From: Vulcanimicrobiota bacterium
Lineage (GTDB): Bacteria > Vulcanimicrobiota > Xenobia > Xenobiales > JADMJV01
DNA length: 64,000 bases
Direction of reading: 5' to 3'
Assembly (NCBI GenBank): GCA_050250895.1
Contig: JBFWNU010000001.1
Coordinates: 1,544,008 to 1,608,007 of the forward strand
Shown here one piece after another: positions 20,563 through 29,723 of the stretch; positions within the stretch are counted from its first letter, which is position 1, and each line of letters starts with the position of its first letter. A program made the translations under genes and the position numbers. The notes under the pieces were generated by a model. That model was not told the origin of the DNA and made no database searches. It saw only the letters and a list, made by a program, of their open reading frames with translations.

Positions 20563-20596
20563 CGAACCTGCGCGTCGATGGGGTGGGGAGCGCCTG

Positions 20597-23500
20597 ATGA
20601 AATCGACCAGCGTGGCCAAGAAGAGTCTCAAGAATTTGAGCGCCGACGAGCGAACGGTGCTCGAGTTGCTATCGCTTTATTACCTGCCCGCCGGCGAAAG
20701 TTCGCTGGTCGAGGCGCTCAAGAGGTACGGCAAGCCGAGCCTGGCCCAGAAGGCGCATGACGTGCTCGAACGCCTGGTCGAGAGTGACCTGGTGACCCGC
20801 AATGGACGCAGTTATCGTTGTCTGCCCGAGGTGGTCGAGCTCGCCAGCCAGAGCGCTGTCGAGGGCAAGCGATTTGAAAAGCTCCAGGCGGCCCTGCCTC
20901 CGCGCAGCTCCATCGCCTCGGCTCTAGAAGATTTCCCCGAAGGGGTGCGCGATCTGCGCCTGGCTCTTTATGCCGGCGACAAGATGGAGTTCGTCAAGCG
21001 CCTCGCCAGTCTGGTCAAACGCCATCCCAACCACTATAACCTGGACCCTCCTCTGAGTCGCATGGCCCGACTGCAAACCGACACCAGGTGGTTGCAATCG
21101 ATGGATGACGGCTTGCGGACCCTGGTGGTCCAGGGGGTGATGCTCAAGGGCAGCCAGCATCTGTTGCCCGGGGCCACGGTGGCCGAGTGGCTGGCCCAGC
21201 AATACAAGAAGGAAGGAGACGGCATCAGTCCTTTCTATCGTCTGCTGCACCTGCAGAATCTCTTGCTCAGCGACGAATTTCGCAAGGTCGACCGGGCTTT
21301 GGTCGACGGCCCGCCCTTGCCCAGCCTCAAAGGCTGGCTCGAATTCGAGAAGGGCCGGTACAAGAAAGCCCTGGCCGAACTCGAGAAGGCTCTCGAGTTG
21401 GCCGGGCGAGAAGCCACCGGCAAGGTGACCCTGACAGGTTTCGCTAGCTTTCTCTTGCCGGTCAGCTACCTGATCTCTGACAAGATCGACGAGGCCAAGC
21501 GCTACGTCGATGGCTTGCGGGGTCTTGACATGGAGGCGCTGCACTGGCTGGTGACGGTTCGTCAGCGAGGCGGGATCGAAGAGCCAGAGTGGTTGCCGCG
21601 CTTCCGGCGGCGCGATCCACGCCTGGACGGGCTCGACGCTCTGGGAGCCGTGCTGGCTCTCTATTGGGCCGGCTGTCTGGAGGAGGCGCGCGAGTTTGAA
21701 GACCGCATGGCGGGGTTGGCTCGCCGCGCCAATGAGGCCGGCTACTTGTGGGTCGAGCGTCAGGCCCGGGCTTTGATGGATCGCTTGAACCATCGAGAAC
21801 CCGAGGGCAAGCACCCTCCCCTGGTGGACGCCCTCAAACCCGCCGAGGCCTGGCGTCGGTCTTTGGATGCGTTGCTCGAGGTGGCCTTGCAGTCGGGCGG
21901 GTCCAGCGGCGAGCGGGTGGCCTGGCGGGTGGAAGAGATCGACGGTCAATTTGGCGTCAGACCTTACCTGCAGAAGCGTTCCAAGAAGGGTGACTGGACG
22001 GGCGGGCGCGACATTTTGCCGGCTCGGCTGCTCAATCAGCACGGCGACGTGCTGCTCGAGCAAGACCGCAACGCCCTGCGAACGCTGGTTCAAGGCCTCG
22101 ATTCGTATCGCGTGGGCGACGAATCGACCCTGGCCGAGCTGGTCGGTCACCCCTATGTTTTCTGGGAGCCCGACCCCAGCATGCGCCTGGAGATTCAGCG
22201 CGGAACCCCCGAGATTCGGGTGCTCGAGCACGAGAAGGAAGTTCAGGTCGACGTCCAACCGGTATTGCCCTATTTCTCGGCTGATGTCGGCGTGTTGCAA
22301 GAGGGTCCCCACCGGCTGCGCGTCTACCGGCTTACCGAGAATCAGAAAGAGATCGCGCGCATTCTCGGCAAAGGCCTGAGAGTGCCGGTCGAGGCGGCCG
22401 ACGAGCTGCGCCAGATCGTCGAGTCGCTGGCCCCCTATATCGGAGTTCAGAGCGACCTTTCGGGCAGCTTCGCCGGCGTCAAGGAAGTCGAAGCCGATTG
22501 TAAGCCCAACCTGTTCTTGATCCCCCACGGGGTCGGTCTGCGACTCGAGATGCGCGTGCTGCCGGTGGGCGAGAACGGACCGGCTTTTGCCCCCAGCCAG
22601 GGCGGCCGGATGGTGCTGGCCGAACTCAAGAAGGTCGGCCGAGTTCAAACCAGTCGCGACCTCGAGCGAGAGTTCGAGCTGGGAGTCGAGATTCTCGAGG
22701 CCTGTCCCACCATCACCCGGTTTGGCCCGGGCGGCTGGAACTGGGTGATCGAATCTCCCACCGATTGCCTCGAAGTGCTAGAAGAGCTGCAAGAACTGCC
22801 GCCAGGTAAGCTCGCGCTGCACTGGCCCGAGGGCGAGACGATGTCGGTCCGCAAGCCGGCCGGCTTACTCAAGATGGAGGTCAAGAAGAGCCGCGATTGG
22901 TTCGCCGTCAACGGCGAACTCGAGGTCGACGAGGATCTGGTGCTCGACATCAACGCCCTGCTCGAGCGACTACAGCACAGTCACGGACGCTTTCTGCAGC
23001 TCGAAGACGGCCAGTTTCTGGCTCTCACCGACCGCTTCCGGCAACGTCTCGAGCAACTGGCCGACCTGCGCGCGGGCAACGGCCAGGAGGTGCTGCTCAA
23101 TCCGCTGGCCGCGGCCGTGGCTCTGGGCGAGGATGTCGAGGGTGACAAAGCCTGGAAAGAGCATGTGCGCCAGTTCAACCAGGCCTGGAGCTACCAGCCC
23201 GAAGTTCCCTCGACCTTGCGGGCGCGTCTGCGCCAGTATCAGCGCGACGGCTTTGCCTGGCTGGGCCAGCTCGCTAACCTTCAGACGGGGGCCTGCCTGG
23301 CCGACGACATGGGTCTTGGCAAGACCCTTCAAGCTCTGACCGTGATTCTCTCCCGCGCCCCTCAGGGACCGACGCTGGTGATAGCGCCGACCTCGGTCTG
23401 TTCGAACTGGCTCGATGAAGCGCATCGCTTCGCGCCCAGCCTGCGTCCCGTGATCTTTGCCGAATCCGACCGGGCCCAGGTGGTGCAGGACGCGGGGCCT

Positions 23501-24598
23501 TTCGACCTGATCGTCTGCAGTTACGGTCTGTTGACCCGCGAAACCGAACTGCTGGCTTCGCGCCAATGGACCACTCTGGTGCTCGACGAGGCCCAGGCTA
23601 TCAAGAATTTTCAGACCCAGCGCTTCAAGTCGGCGGCCACCCTGACGGCCGATTTCAGGCTGGCCACCACCGGCACTCCTATCGAGAACAACCTCGACGA
23701 ACTCTGGACCTTGTTCCGCTTTCTCAACCCCGGGTTGCTCGGCGATCGCGAACAGTTTCGCGGGCGCTTCTCAGCACCCATCGAGCAGGGTGACAAGCCG
23801 GCCCGCAATCGCTTGCGCGATTTGGTGCGCCCCTTCATCTTGCGTCGCCTCAAGAGCGAGGTGCTCGACGAACTGCCGCCGCGCACCGAGATCACCCTGC
23901 GGGTCGAGCTCTCTGACGAAGAGAAGGCACTCTACGAGAGTTTGCGCCGGCGCGCGCTGGAAGAACTCGACGAGAAGGGCAAGGAAGCCCAAACCCTGGC
24001 GGTGCTGGCCCAGTTGATGAAGCTGCGTCGGGCTTGCTGTCATCCACAACTGGTGGCTCCCGACCAGGATATCCCCGCCTCCAAGATGGAGACCTTCCGC
24101 GAGCTGGTGCTCGAGCTGCTCGAGAACGGCCACAAAGCGCTGGTCTTTTCGCAGTTTGTCGACGTGCTGTCGTTGCTGCGCGAAGAACTCGACACTCACG
24201 ACATCAGCTATCAGTATCTCGACGGTAGCACCCCGGCCAAGGAGCGAGCTCGGCGAGTGGCCGACTTCCAGTCGGGCCAGGGCGACCTCTTCCTCATCAG
24301 CCTCAAAGCGGGCGGGGTCGGGCTTAACCTTACGGCCGCCGACTACGTCATTCATTTCGACCCCTGGTGGAATCCGGCCGTCGAAGATCAGGCCTCAGAC
24401 CGCGCTTATCGCATCGGCCAGCAGCGCCCGGTCACCATCTACCGTCTGGTGAGCCAGGGCACGGTCGAAGAGAAGATCGTCGAGCTGCACCGAGACAAGC
24501 GCGAACTGGCTGCCGGGTTGCTCGATGGCAGCGATCAGGTCGCGGGTATGACCTCGACCGATCTGCTCGACTTGATCCGAGGGACTTCGCTGGTATGA
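20597..24598 (+). CDS. SNF2-family helicase/ATPase with a long N-terminal helical region
   Basis: LADDMGLGKT, LDEAQAIKN, TGTPIEN, SLKAGGVGLNL, DPWWNPAVEDQASDRAYRIGQ. Confidence 0.95.
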   Translation: MKSTSVAKKSLKNLSADERTVLELLSLYYLPAGESSLVEALKRYGKPSLAQKAHDVLERLVESDLVTRNGRSYRCLPEVVELASQSAVEGKRFEKLQAALPPRSSIASALEDFPEGVRDLRLALYAGDKMEFVKRLASLVKRHPNHYNLDPPLSRMARLQTDTRWLQSMDDGLRTLVVQGVMLKGSQHLLPGATVAEWLAQQYKKEGDGISPFYRLLHLQNLLLSDEFRKVDRALVDGPPLPSLKGWLEFEKGRYKKALAELEKALELAGREATGKVTLTGFASFLLPVSYLISDKIDEAKRYVDGLRGLDMEALHWLVTVRQRGGIEEPEWLPRFRRRDPRLDGLDALGAVLALYWAGCLEEAREFEDRMAGLARRANEAGYLWVERQARALMDRLNHREPEGKHPPLVDALKPAEAWRRSLDALLEVALQSGGSSGERVAWRVEEIDGQFGVRPYLQKRSKKGDWTGGRDILPARLLNQHGDVLLEQDRNALRTLVQGLDSYRVGDESTLAELVGHPYVFWEPDPSMRLEIQRGTPEIRVLEHEKEVQVDVQPVLPYFSADVGVLQEGPHRLRVYRLTENQKEIARILGKGLRVPVEAADELRQIVESLAPYIGVQSDLSGSFAGVKEVEADCKPNLFLIPHGVGLRLEMRVLPVGENGPAFAPSQGGRMVLAELKKVGRVQTSRDLEREFELGVEILEACPTITRFGPGGWNWVIESPTDCLEVLEELQELPPGKLALHWPEGETMSVRKPAGLLKMEVKKSRDWFAVNGELEVDEDLVLDINALLERLQHSHGRFLQLEDGQFLALTDRFRQRLEQLADLRAGNGQEVLLNPLAAAVALGEDVEGDKAWKEHVRQFNQAWSYQPEVPSTLRARLRQYQRDGFAWLGQLANLQTGACLADDMGLGKTLQALTVILSRAPQGPTLVIAPTSVCSNWLDEAHRFAPSLRPVIFAESDRAQVVQDAGPFDLIVCSYGLLTRETELLASRQWTTLVLDEAQAIKNFQTQRFKSAATLTADFRLATTGTPIENNLDELWTLFRFLNPGLLGDREQFRGRFSAPIEQGDKPARNRLRDLVRPFILRRLKSEVLDELPPRTEITLRVELSDEEKALYESLRRRALEELDEKGKEAQTLAVLAQLMKLRRACCHPQLVAPDQDIPASKMETFRELVLELLENGHKALVFSQFVDVLSLLREELDTHDISYQYLDGSTPAKERARRVADFQSGQGDLFLISLKAGGVGLNLTAADYVIHFDPWWNPAVEDQASDRAYRIGQQRPVTIYRLVSQGTVEEKIVELHRDKRELAAGLLDGSDQVAGMTSTDLLDLIRGTSLV

Positions 24599-24627
24599 GC
24601 GGAAATGTTCGCCTATAATTGGTAAGT

Positions 24628-26703
24628 ATGGCTAGCAAGGCAGGTTACGACATTCGCGAAGAACTCGCCGTTCGTTGCTTGCCTGGTACGCTAGTCTATT
24701 GCATCAGCGGTACGGGAATGATCCTGACCAGCCCGTTTTACCAGGCAAAACCCGGCCTGAGCCTCGCGTTCCTGGTAGTCCTGACCATTTTTGGCGGGCT
24801 GCGCTACCGGCTCGCCGCCCGCGTGCCTCGACCCGTTTGGGGTTTGGCCTGGCTCTCGGCCTTCCGGGCTCTCTGCCTGACCAACGCTCTCGTCTGGGGG
24901 GTGATGGCGGCTCTTTCCCTCGAGCACGACGGTGATTGGAACCGTTGGCTGGCGCTAGCTCTTACGGCCGTCATCGCGGCCGGAGCCACCACCGCCCTGG
25001 CCCCCGACTTTACCACTTTCGCGGCCTATTCGGTAGGCTTGGTGGGACCGGTCAGCTTGCCGTATTTTTTCCGGACCACCCCGGGCGGCCTGGTCAGCGC
25101 CGGGCTGATCTTGTCTTTATTGGTTCTGCTGATCTGGCTGGGCTGGCTGCAATCTCGGACCTACCACCGGTTTCTTTCAAGAGAACAAACAGGACAGCAA
25201 CAAGTCAAGAGCGCCGAAGAGCAGCTGCGGCGGGTCCTCGAGGGGTCCAAGCTGGGCACGTTCGATTGGTATCTCGACTCGGACAGTCCTGGTTTTGACC
25301 ACAAGATGTTGGATTTGCTGGGCTACAAAGCCAGTGACTTCGAGCCGTTTTTGGCACGCTGGAACGACATTCTTCATCCCGAAGACCGCCAACCGCTCCA
25401 CGACACCATTGCGCGTCATCTCAGGCTCGAAGGCGTCGTGTGTGAGGTCGAAATTCGAGTTCGAGCCGCCAGCGGCGAGTGGCGCTGGCTTCGCTTTCGG
25501 GGTCAGGTGGTCGACCGAGCGCCCGATGGACGAGCCATCCGTGTGGCCGGAACCTATGAAGACATCTCGACTCGCAAGGAATCTGAATTGGCCCTTCGGC
25601 ATCTCGAAGAAGAGATGCGTCAGGCCCAGAAACTCGAGATGCTCGGCGTACTCGCGGGTGGTGTGGCCCACGGATTCAATAACATGTTGGCTTCGTTCGT
25701 GGGCAATCTGGAGCTCGCTTTGCTCGACCTGCCCGAGACGCATCCCGTCCACGAAAATCTGCGCGACGCCCGAAATTCGGCCCTCGAGGCTTCCGGCCTG
25801 TGTGACCAGCTGTTGACCTATGCCGGCAAGAACCGGCTGCAGGTCGAGACGATCGGACTCAACGCCTTGATCGCGGAGATGGAGCCGTTGTTGAAGGTCT
25901 CCCTCGACAAGAACGTGACGCTCGAGCTGGAGTTTGACCCGCGGCTGCCAGCCCTCGAGGCCGACATCTGCCAGATGCGCCAGGTGATCTTGAATTTGCT
26001 CACCAACGCCTCCGAGGCCAGTTCCAACTCGGGCGGAGTCGTTCGCCTGGCCACTCGAGCGGATGAGTCGAGGATCATTCTCGAGGTGAGTGACCGGGGC
26101 TGTGGCATGGAGCCAGAGACCATCCAGAGAGTTTTCGAGCCTTTCTACACCACCAAGTTTCCGGGGCGTGGTCTGGGCTTGTCGGCGGTGCTTGGGATCG
26201 TCAAAAGCCATGGCGGCGAGGTCAGCCTGCAGTCAACTCCGGAGGTTGGCACCGTGGTGCGTGTGACCCTTCCCGGGGCCGATCCGGTGCCCGACAAGGT
26301 CCTTCCCGAACCCCGGCCCGCGGTGGGGCGAACCACGGTCCTGGTGGTCGATGACGAAGAGCCGGTGCGGCGGGTGGTGGTCAAGATGCTCGTCAAGGCC
26401 GGCTACGGCGTCATCGAGGCGGGGGACGGGGTGGAGGCCCTCGAGGCTTTAGCCGCCGAGCCCGCGGTCCGGTTGGTTTTGCTCGACGTGGCCATGCCGC
26501 GCAAAGATGGCTACCAGACCCTGACCGAGCTGCGTCAAAAGTATCCCGAGTTACCCGTCATTCTGGCCAGTGGCTACGCTGAAGCCACCGTGCTCGAGCG
26601 CGTCGCCGATCAGGCCCAGGGCTTTCTCAAGAAGCCTTTCGGGCGAGCCCAACTGCTGGGCAAGATCGGCCAGCTGATGGGCGCCTTACCAGAGCGGGTC
26701 TAG
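24628..26703 (+). CDS. Hybrid sensor histidine kinase (TM, PAS, HisKA, HATPase, REC)
   Basis: GGVAHGFNN, NLLTNA, DRGCGM, GRGLGL, LVVDDE, LLDVAMP. Confidence 0.93.
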   Translation: MASKAGYDIREELAVRCLPGTLVYCISGTGMILTSPFYQAKPGLSLAFLVVLTIFGGLRYRLAARVPRPVWGLAWLSAFRALCLTNALVWGVMAALSLEHDGDWNRWLALALTAVIAAGATTALAPDFTTFAAYSVGLVGPVSLPYFFRTTPGGLVSAGLILSLLVLLIWLGWLQSRTYHRFLSREQTGQQQVKSAEEQLRRVLEGSKLGTFDWYLDSDSPGFDHKMLDLLGYKASDFEPFLARWNDILHPEDRQPLHDTIARHLRLEGVVCEVEIRVRAASGEWRWLRFRGQVVDRAPDGRAIRVAGTYEDISTRKESELALRHLEEEMRQAQKLEMLGVLAGGVAHGFNNMLASFVGNLELALLDLPETHPVHENLRDARNSALEASGLCDQLLTYAGKNRLQVETIGLNALIAEMEPLLKVSLDKNVTLELEFDPRLPALEADICQMRQVILNLLTNASEASSNSGGVVRLATRADESRIILEVSDRGCGMEPETIQRVFEPFYTTKFPGRGLGLSAVLGIVKSHGGEVSLQSTPEVGTVVRVTLPGADPVPDKVLPEPRPAVGRTTVLVVDDEEPVRRVVVKMLVKAGYGVIEAGDGVEALEALAAEPAVRLVLLDVAMPRKDGYQTLTELRQKYPELPVILASGYAEATVLERVADQAQGFLKKPFGRAQLLGKIGQLMGALPERV

Positions 26704-27759
26704 CCAGGGTTTGGAGCCGCCCCCGATGGTGAAGCCCACCAGATAGACGGGCTCGTCGCGAACCCCTCCGGTTTCGACTCGGGCGAAGGCGTGCACATTT
26801 CGGGTGACGCCCAGTTCGGCCCCCACGAAGGCACCCGGACGAACGCCGTCGACTTCGAGAAAATCGAGCGCCGGATGATTCGAGTAGGCCCCTTCGAGAC
26901 GAAAGCCACCTTCCAGAGTCAGCCGGCCGTAAGGGCGATACTCCAGCCCGGCCTCCGCGCGCCAGCTGGATAACCCCTCACCCAGGGGCAACGTGCCTTC
27001 GAGACTGGTTTGTGCGCTCCACTGCGCCGCGTCGTCGAGTTGACGATGCAGGGCCACTCCGCCGGTTACTATCGGTCGAACGGTGAAGCCGTCGGTGGTG
27101 TAGGTGGATTGCAGTTCGCTACCGACTCGCCCGCCAAAGCCGCCGTTCTGGTGGAACCACTGTTGAAAATCGTGACCGCCCAGAGTGCCCAGACCTTGCA
27201 CCCCGCCCCCCACTCCATAGATGAGGTCGGTCCGCTCGTCGAGCTGCAGGCGGGTATTGCGCTGGATCCCGATCTCGGCCAGGTCGGTGCGAAGCCCCTG
27301 ATAGTCCGGAGAGGGCTCCCAGGCGCCGCGCTGGGTCAGCATCGAATAACGGCCGGCTCCAACCCATTGCTCGTCGCCCTGAGTGCGCACGAACTCGCCC
27401 CGGAGTTCAGCGGTCCAGCCGTCGTCGTCGTTACGGTCCTGGCCAGGAACCCGGTCCTTTTCGGGCACGATTCCACTGAGAAAGCCCGGCAGGCTGTCGT
27501 TGGCCTGAGAGAACGTCACGCGAGTTTCGACCGGCTCGGACAGCGACGAGGTAGGCTCGGTGGCTTGAGCGGCCGGGGCCGCGGCCACCAGACCGGCTAC
27601 GCCGGCCCCGAGCAGTAAGGCCTTGCTCAACCAACCGGTCGAACTGGCGCAGGGGGCCGCCTCATGGATGGGCGCCTCGAGTTGCGCCGGAGCCGGGCCA
27701 GGCTTAGGAGCTCTGCTACCGGGCGGCGCCGAGAATCGGATGGAACTACTGATGCACAC
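26686..27759 (-). CDS. Putative outer-membrane beta-barrel, LpxR (lipid A 3'-O-deacylase)-like
   Basis: AQA-type signal after a low-complexity extension; ND...DDGWT and QQWFH motifs; alternating beta-strand pattern. Confidence 0.55.
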   Translation of the reverse strand: MCISSSIRFSAPPGSRAPKPGPAPAQLEAPIHEAAPCASSTGWLSKALLLGAGVAGLVAAAPAAQATEPTSSLSEPVETRVTFSQANDSLPGFLSGIVPEKDRVPGQDRNDDDGWTAELRGEFVRTQGDEQWVGAGRYSMLTQRGAWEPSPDYQGLRTDLAEIGIQRNTRLQLDERTDLIYGVGGGVQGLGTLGGHDFQQWFHQNGGFGGRVGSELQSTYTTDGFTVRPIVTGGVALHRQLDDAAQWSAQTSLEGTLPLGEGLSSWRAEAGLEYRPYGRLTLEGGFRLEGAYSNHPALDFLEVDGVRPGAFVGAELGVTRNVHAFARVETGGVRDEPVYLVGFTIGGGSKPWLDPLW

Positions 27760-27817
27760 AAAAGCCTCCTGCCGCCTCAGAGTAGCCGCGAGCCAGGCGA
27801 CTCAGGTTACAAAGGTG

Positions 27818-28369
27818 TTAAACTGCGGGACACCCCTCCCGGATGAATAGGAACTTGCGGCGGGTCCACTCTAGCCCGGCTACGCTAGCCGGGGGTAGGA
27901 ACTGGTCGTTGTCGACCGCCCGCAACAAGAGGCGAATCAGGCCGGCATGCACGAACAACAGGTGCCGGCCCGGGCTGAGGTGATCGACAAACTCATAGAC
28001 CCGGCGCCGAAAAGCGGCCATGTCCTCGCCGTTGGGGGCACGAAAGCCCTCGAACTCGAGGATGCGGTCGCGCACCGCCGGGTCGAGGTCGTGCCAGATG
28101 AGGCCCTCTACATCGCCGAAATGAAACTCGCGCAGCCGGGCGTCGGCCCGGGCCGGACCCAGAGCCAGGCGAGCCGTCTCGACCGCTCGGGAGAGGTCGG
28201 ATGACCACACATCGACGAATTCGTGGGCCGAGAGAAAGCCCCGCAACGAGCGGGCCTGTTGGCGGCCGTGCTCGGTGAGGGCGGCGTCGAACCAGCCACA
28301 CACCTTTCCGTCGGCGTTCCACTCGGTCTGGCCATGGCGCACCAGCCACAATTCGACCTCGGGCGACAC
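27818..28369 (-). CDS. Histidine phosphatase (phosphoglycerate mutase family)
   Basis: LVRHGQTEWN, SSDLSRA, LRE..FG, HAG. Confidence 0.92.
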   Translation of the reverse strand: MSPEVELWLVRHGQTEWNADGKVCGWFDAALTEHGRQQARSLRGFLSAHEFVDVWSSDLSRAVETARLALGPARADARLREFHFGDVEGLIWHDLDPAVRDRILEFEGFRAPNGEDMAAFRRRVYEFVDHLSPGRHLLFVHAGLIRLLLRAVDNDQFLPPASVAGLEWTRRKFLFIREGCPAV

Positions 28370-29653
28370 CTACCGCTGCTCGATGGGCACGTAGTCCCGC
28401 TGCACTTCGCCGGTATAGATCTGGCGAGGGCGATAGATCTTGCGGTCGGGGTCCTCGAGCATCTCTTTCCACTGAGCGATCCAGCCCGGCAGGCGACCGA
28501 GGGCGAACATCACCGTGAACATGTTGGTGGGAATACCCATGGCCCGATAGAGGATGCCGCTGTAGAAGTCGACGTTCGGATAAAGTTTGCGTTCGATGAA
28601 ATAGTCGTCGCTCAGAGCCACCTCTTCGAGTTGCTTGGCGATCTCGAGCAGGGGATCGTCGACTCCGAGTTTGGCCAGAGCCTTGTCGGCCGAGGCTTTC
28701 AGGATTTGGGCCCGAGGGTCGAAGTTGCGATAGACACGATGACCGAAGCCCATCAGACGGAAGCCGTCGTCCTTATCCTTGGCCATGCGCACGTACTTCT
28801 TATAGTCGGCCCGGTCGGCCTGAATGCGCTCGAGCATCTGGATGACCTGCTGGTTGGCCCCGCCGTGCAGCGGACCCCACAGGGCACAGATGCCGGCCGC
28901 GATCGAAGCGAACAGGTTGGCGCCGCTACTGCCGACCATGCGCACCGTCGAGGCGCTGCAGTTCTGCTCGTGATCGGCGTGGAGAATCAGCAACAGATTC
29001 AAGGCCTCGACCAGATTCTTGTCGAGCTCGTAGGGCTCGGCGGGCACCGCGTGCATCATGTGCAAGAAGTCGCTGGCATAGCCCAGGTCGTTGCGCGGAT
29101 AGATATAGGGCTGACCGATCGACTTCTTGTAGCTAAAGGCTGCGATGGTCTTGAGTTTGGCCAGCAGGCGGGTAATGTTCTGATCGCGCTGGCCGTCATC
29201 GTCGGGGTAATAGGCCGACAACGAGGCGACCATGGCCGACAGGATGGCCATCGGATGGGCGGTGGGTGGATAGCCCTCGAAGAATTTTTTCATGTCCTCA
29301 TGAATCAGACTATGGCTGGTCAGCTCTCGGCGAAAGCGGTCGAGTTCGTCTTGGGTGGGCAGGTGACCATAGACGAGTAGATAGCTGACCTCGGTGAAAT
29401 CGGCCTTTTCGGCCAGTTGCTCGATGGGATAGCCGCGATATAGCAGGACGCCCTGATCGCCATCGATGAAGGTGATGGCCGATAAGCATGACCCCGTGTT
29501 GCCATAGCCGTTGTCGAGAGTGATGACCCCGGTCTGCTTGCGCAAAGACGAGATGTCGACCGCAAGTTCGCCCAGCGACCCCTCTACCATCGGCATCTCG
29601 GCCTCGGTCCCATCGAAGGTAAATTTGGCGGCGCTGGTTTTTGCGGTGGTCAT
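28370..29653 (-). CDS. gltA: Citrate synthase
   Basis: LHADHEQNCS, GPLHGGAN, GFGHRVY, LYPNVDFYSG. Confidence 0.98.
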   Translation of the reverse strand: MTTAKTSAAKFTFDGTEAEMPMVEGSLGELAVDISSLRKQTGVITLDNGYGNTGSCLSAITFIDGDQGVLLYRGYPIEQLAEKADFTEVSYLLVYGHLPTQDELDRFRRELTSHSLIHEDMKKFFEGYPPTAHPMAILSAMVASLSAYYPDDDGQRDQNITRLLAKLKTIAAFSYKKSIGQPYIYPRNDLGYASDFLHMMHAVPAEPYELDKNLVEALNLLLILHADHEQNCSASTVRMVGSSGANLFASIAAGICALWGPLHGGANQQVIQMLERIQADRADYKKYVRMAKDKDDGFRLMGFGHRVYRNFDPRAQILKASADKALAKLGVDDPLLEIAKQLEEVALSDDYFIERKLYPNVDFYSGILYRAMGIPTNMFTVMFALGRLPGWIAQWKEMLEDPDRKIYRPRQIYTGEVQRDYVPIEQR

Positions 29654-29723
29654 GAGTTACTCCGGCTAAAAATTTCGTGTTTGATTCACCGTCGTCGAAA
29701 GGATCCCTACCGGTTCTGGGCCG

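Noticed and set aside
20924-22648. 574-aa minus ORF and similar long antisense ORFs (e.g. 50325..51839, 52383..53600)
   Set aside because: Typical high-GC antisense frames opposite well-supported genes
20597-24598. SNF2 as part of an anti-phage defence system
   Set aside because: No methylase, nuclease or other defence genes adjacent; common stand-alone architecture
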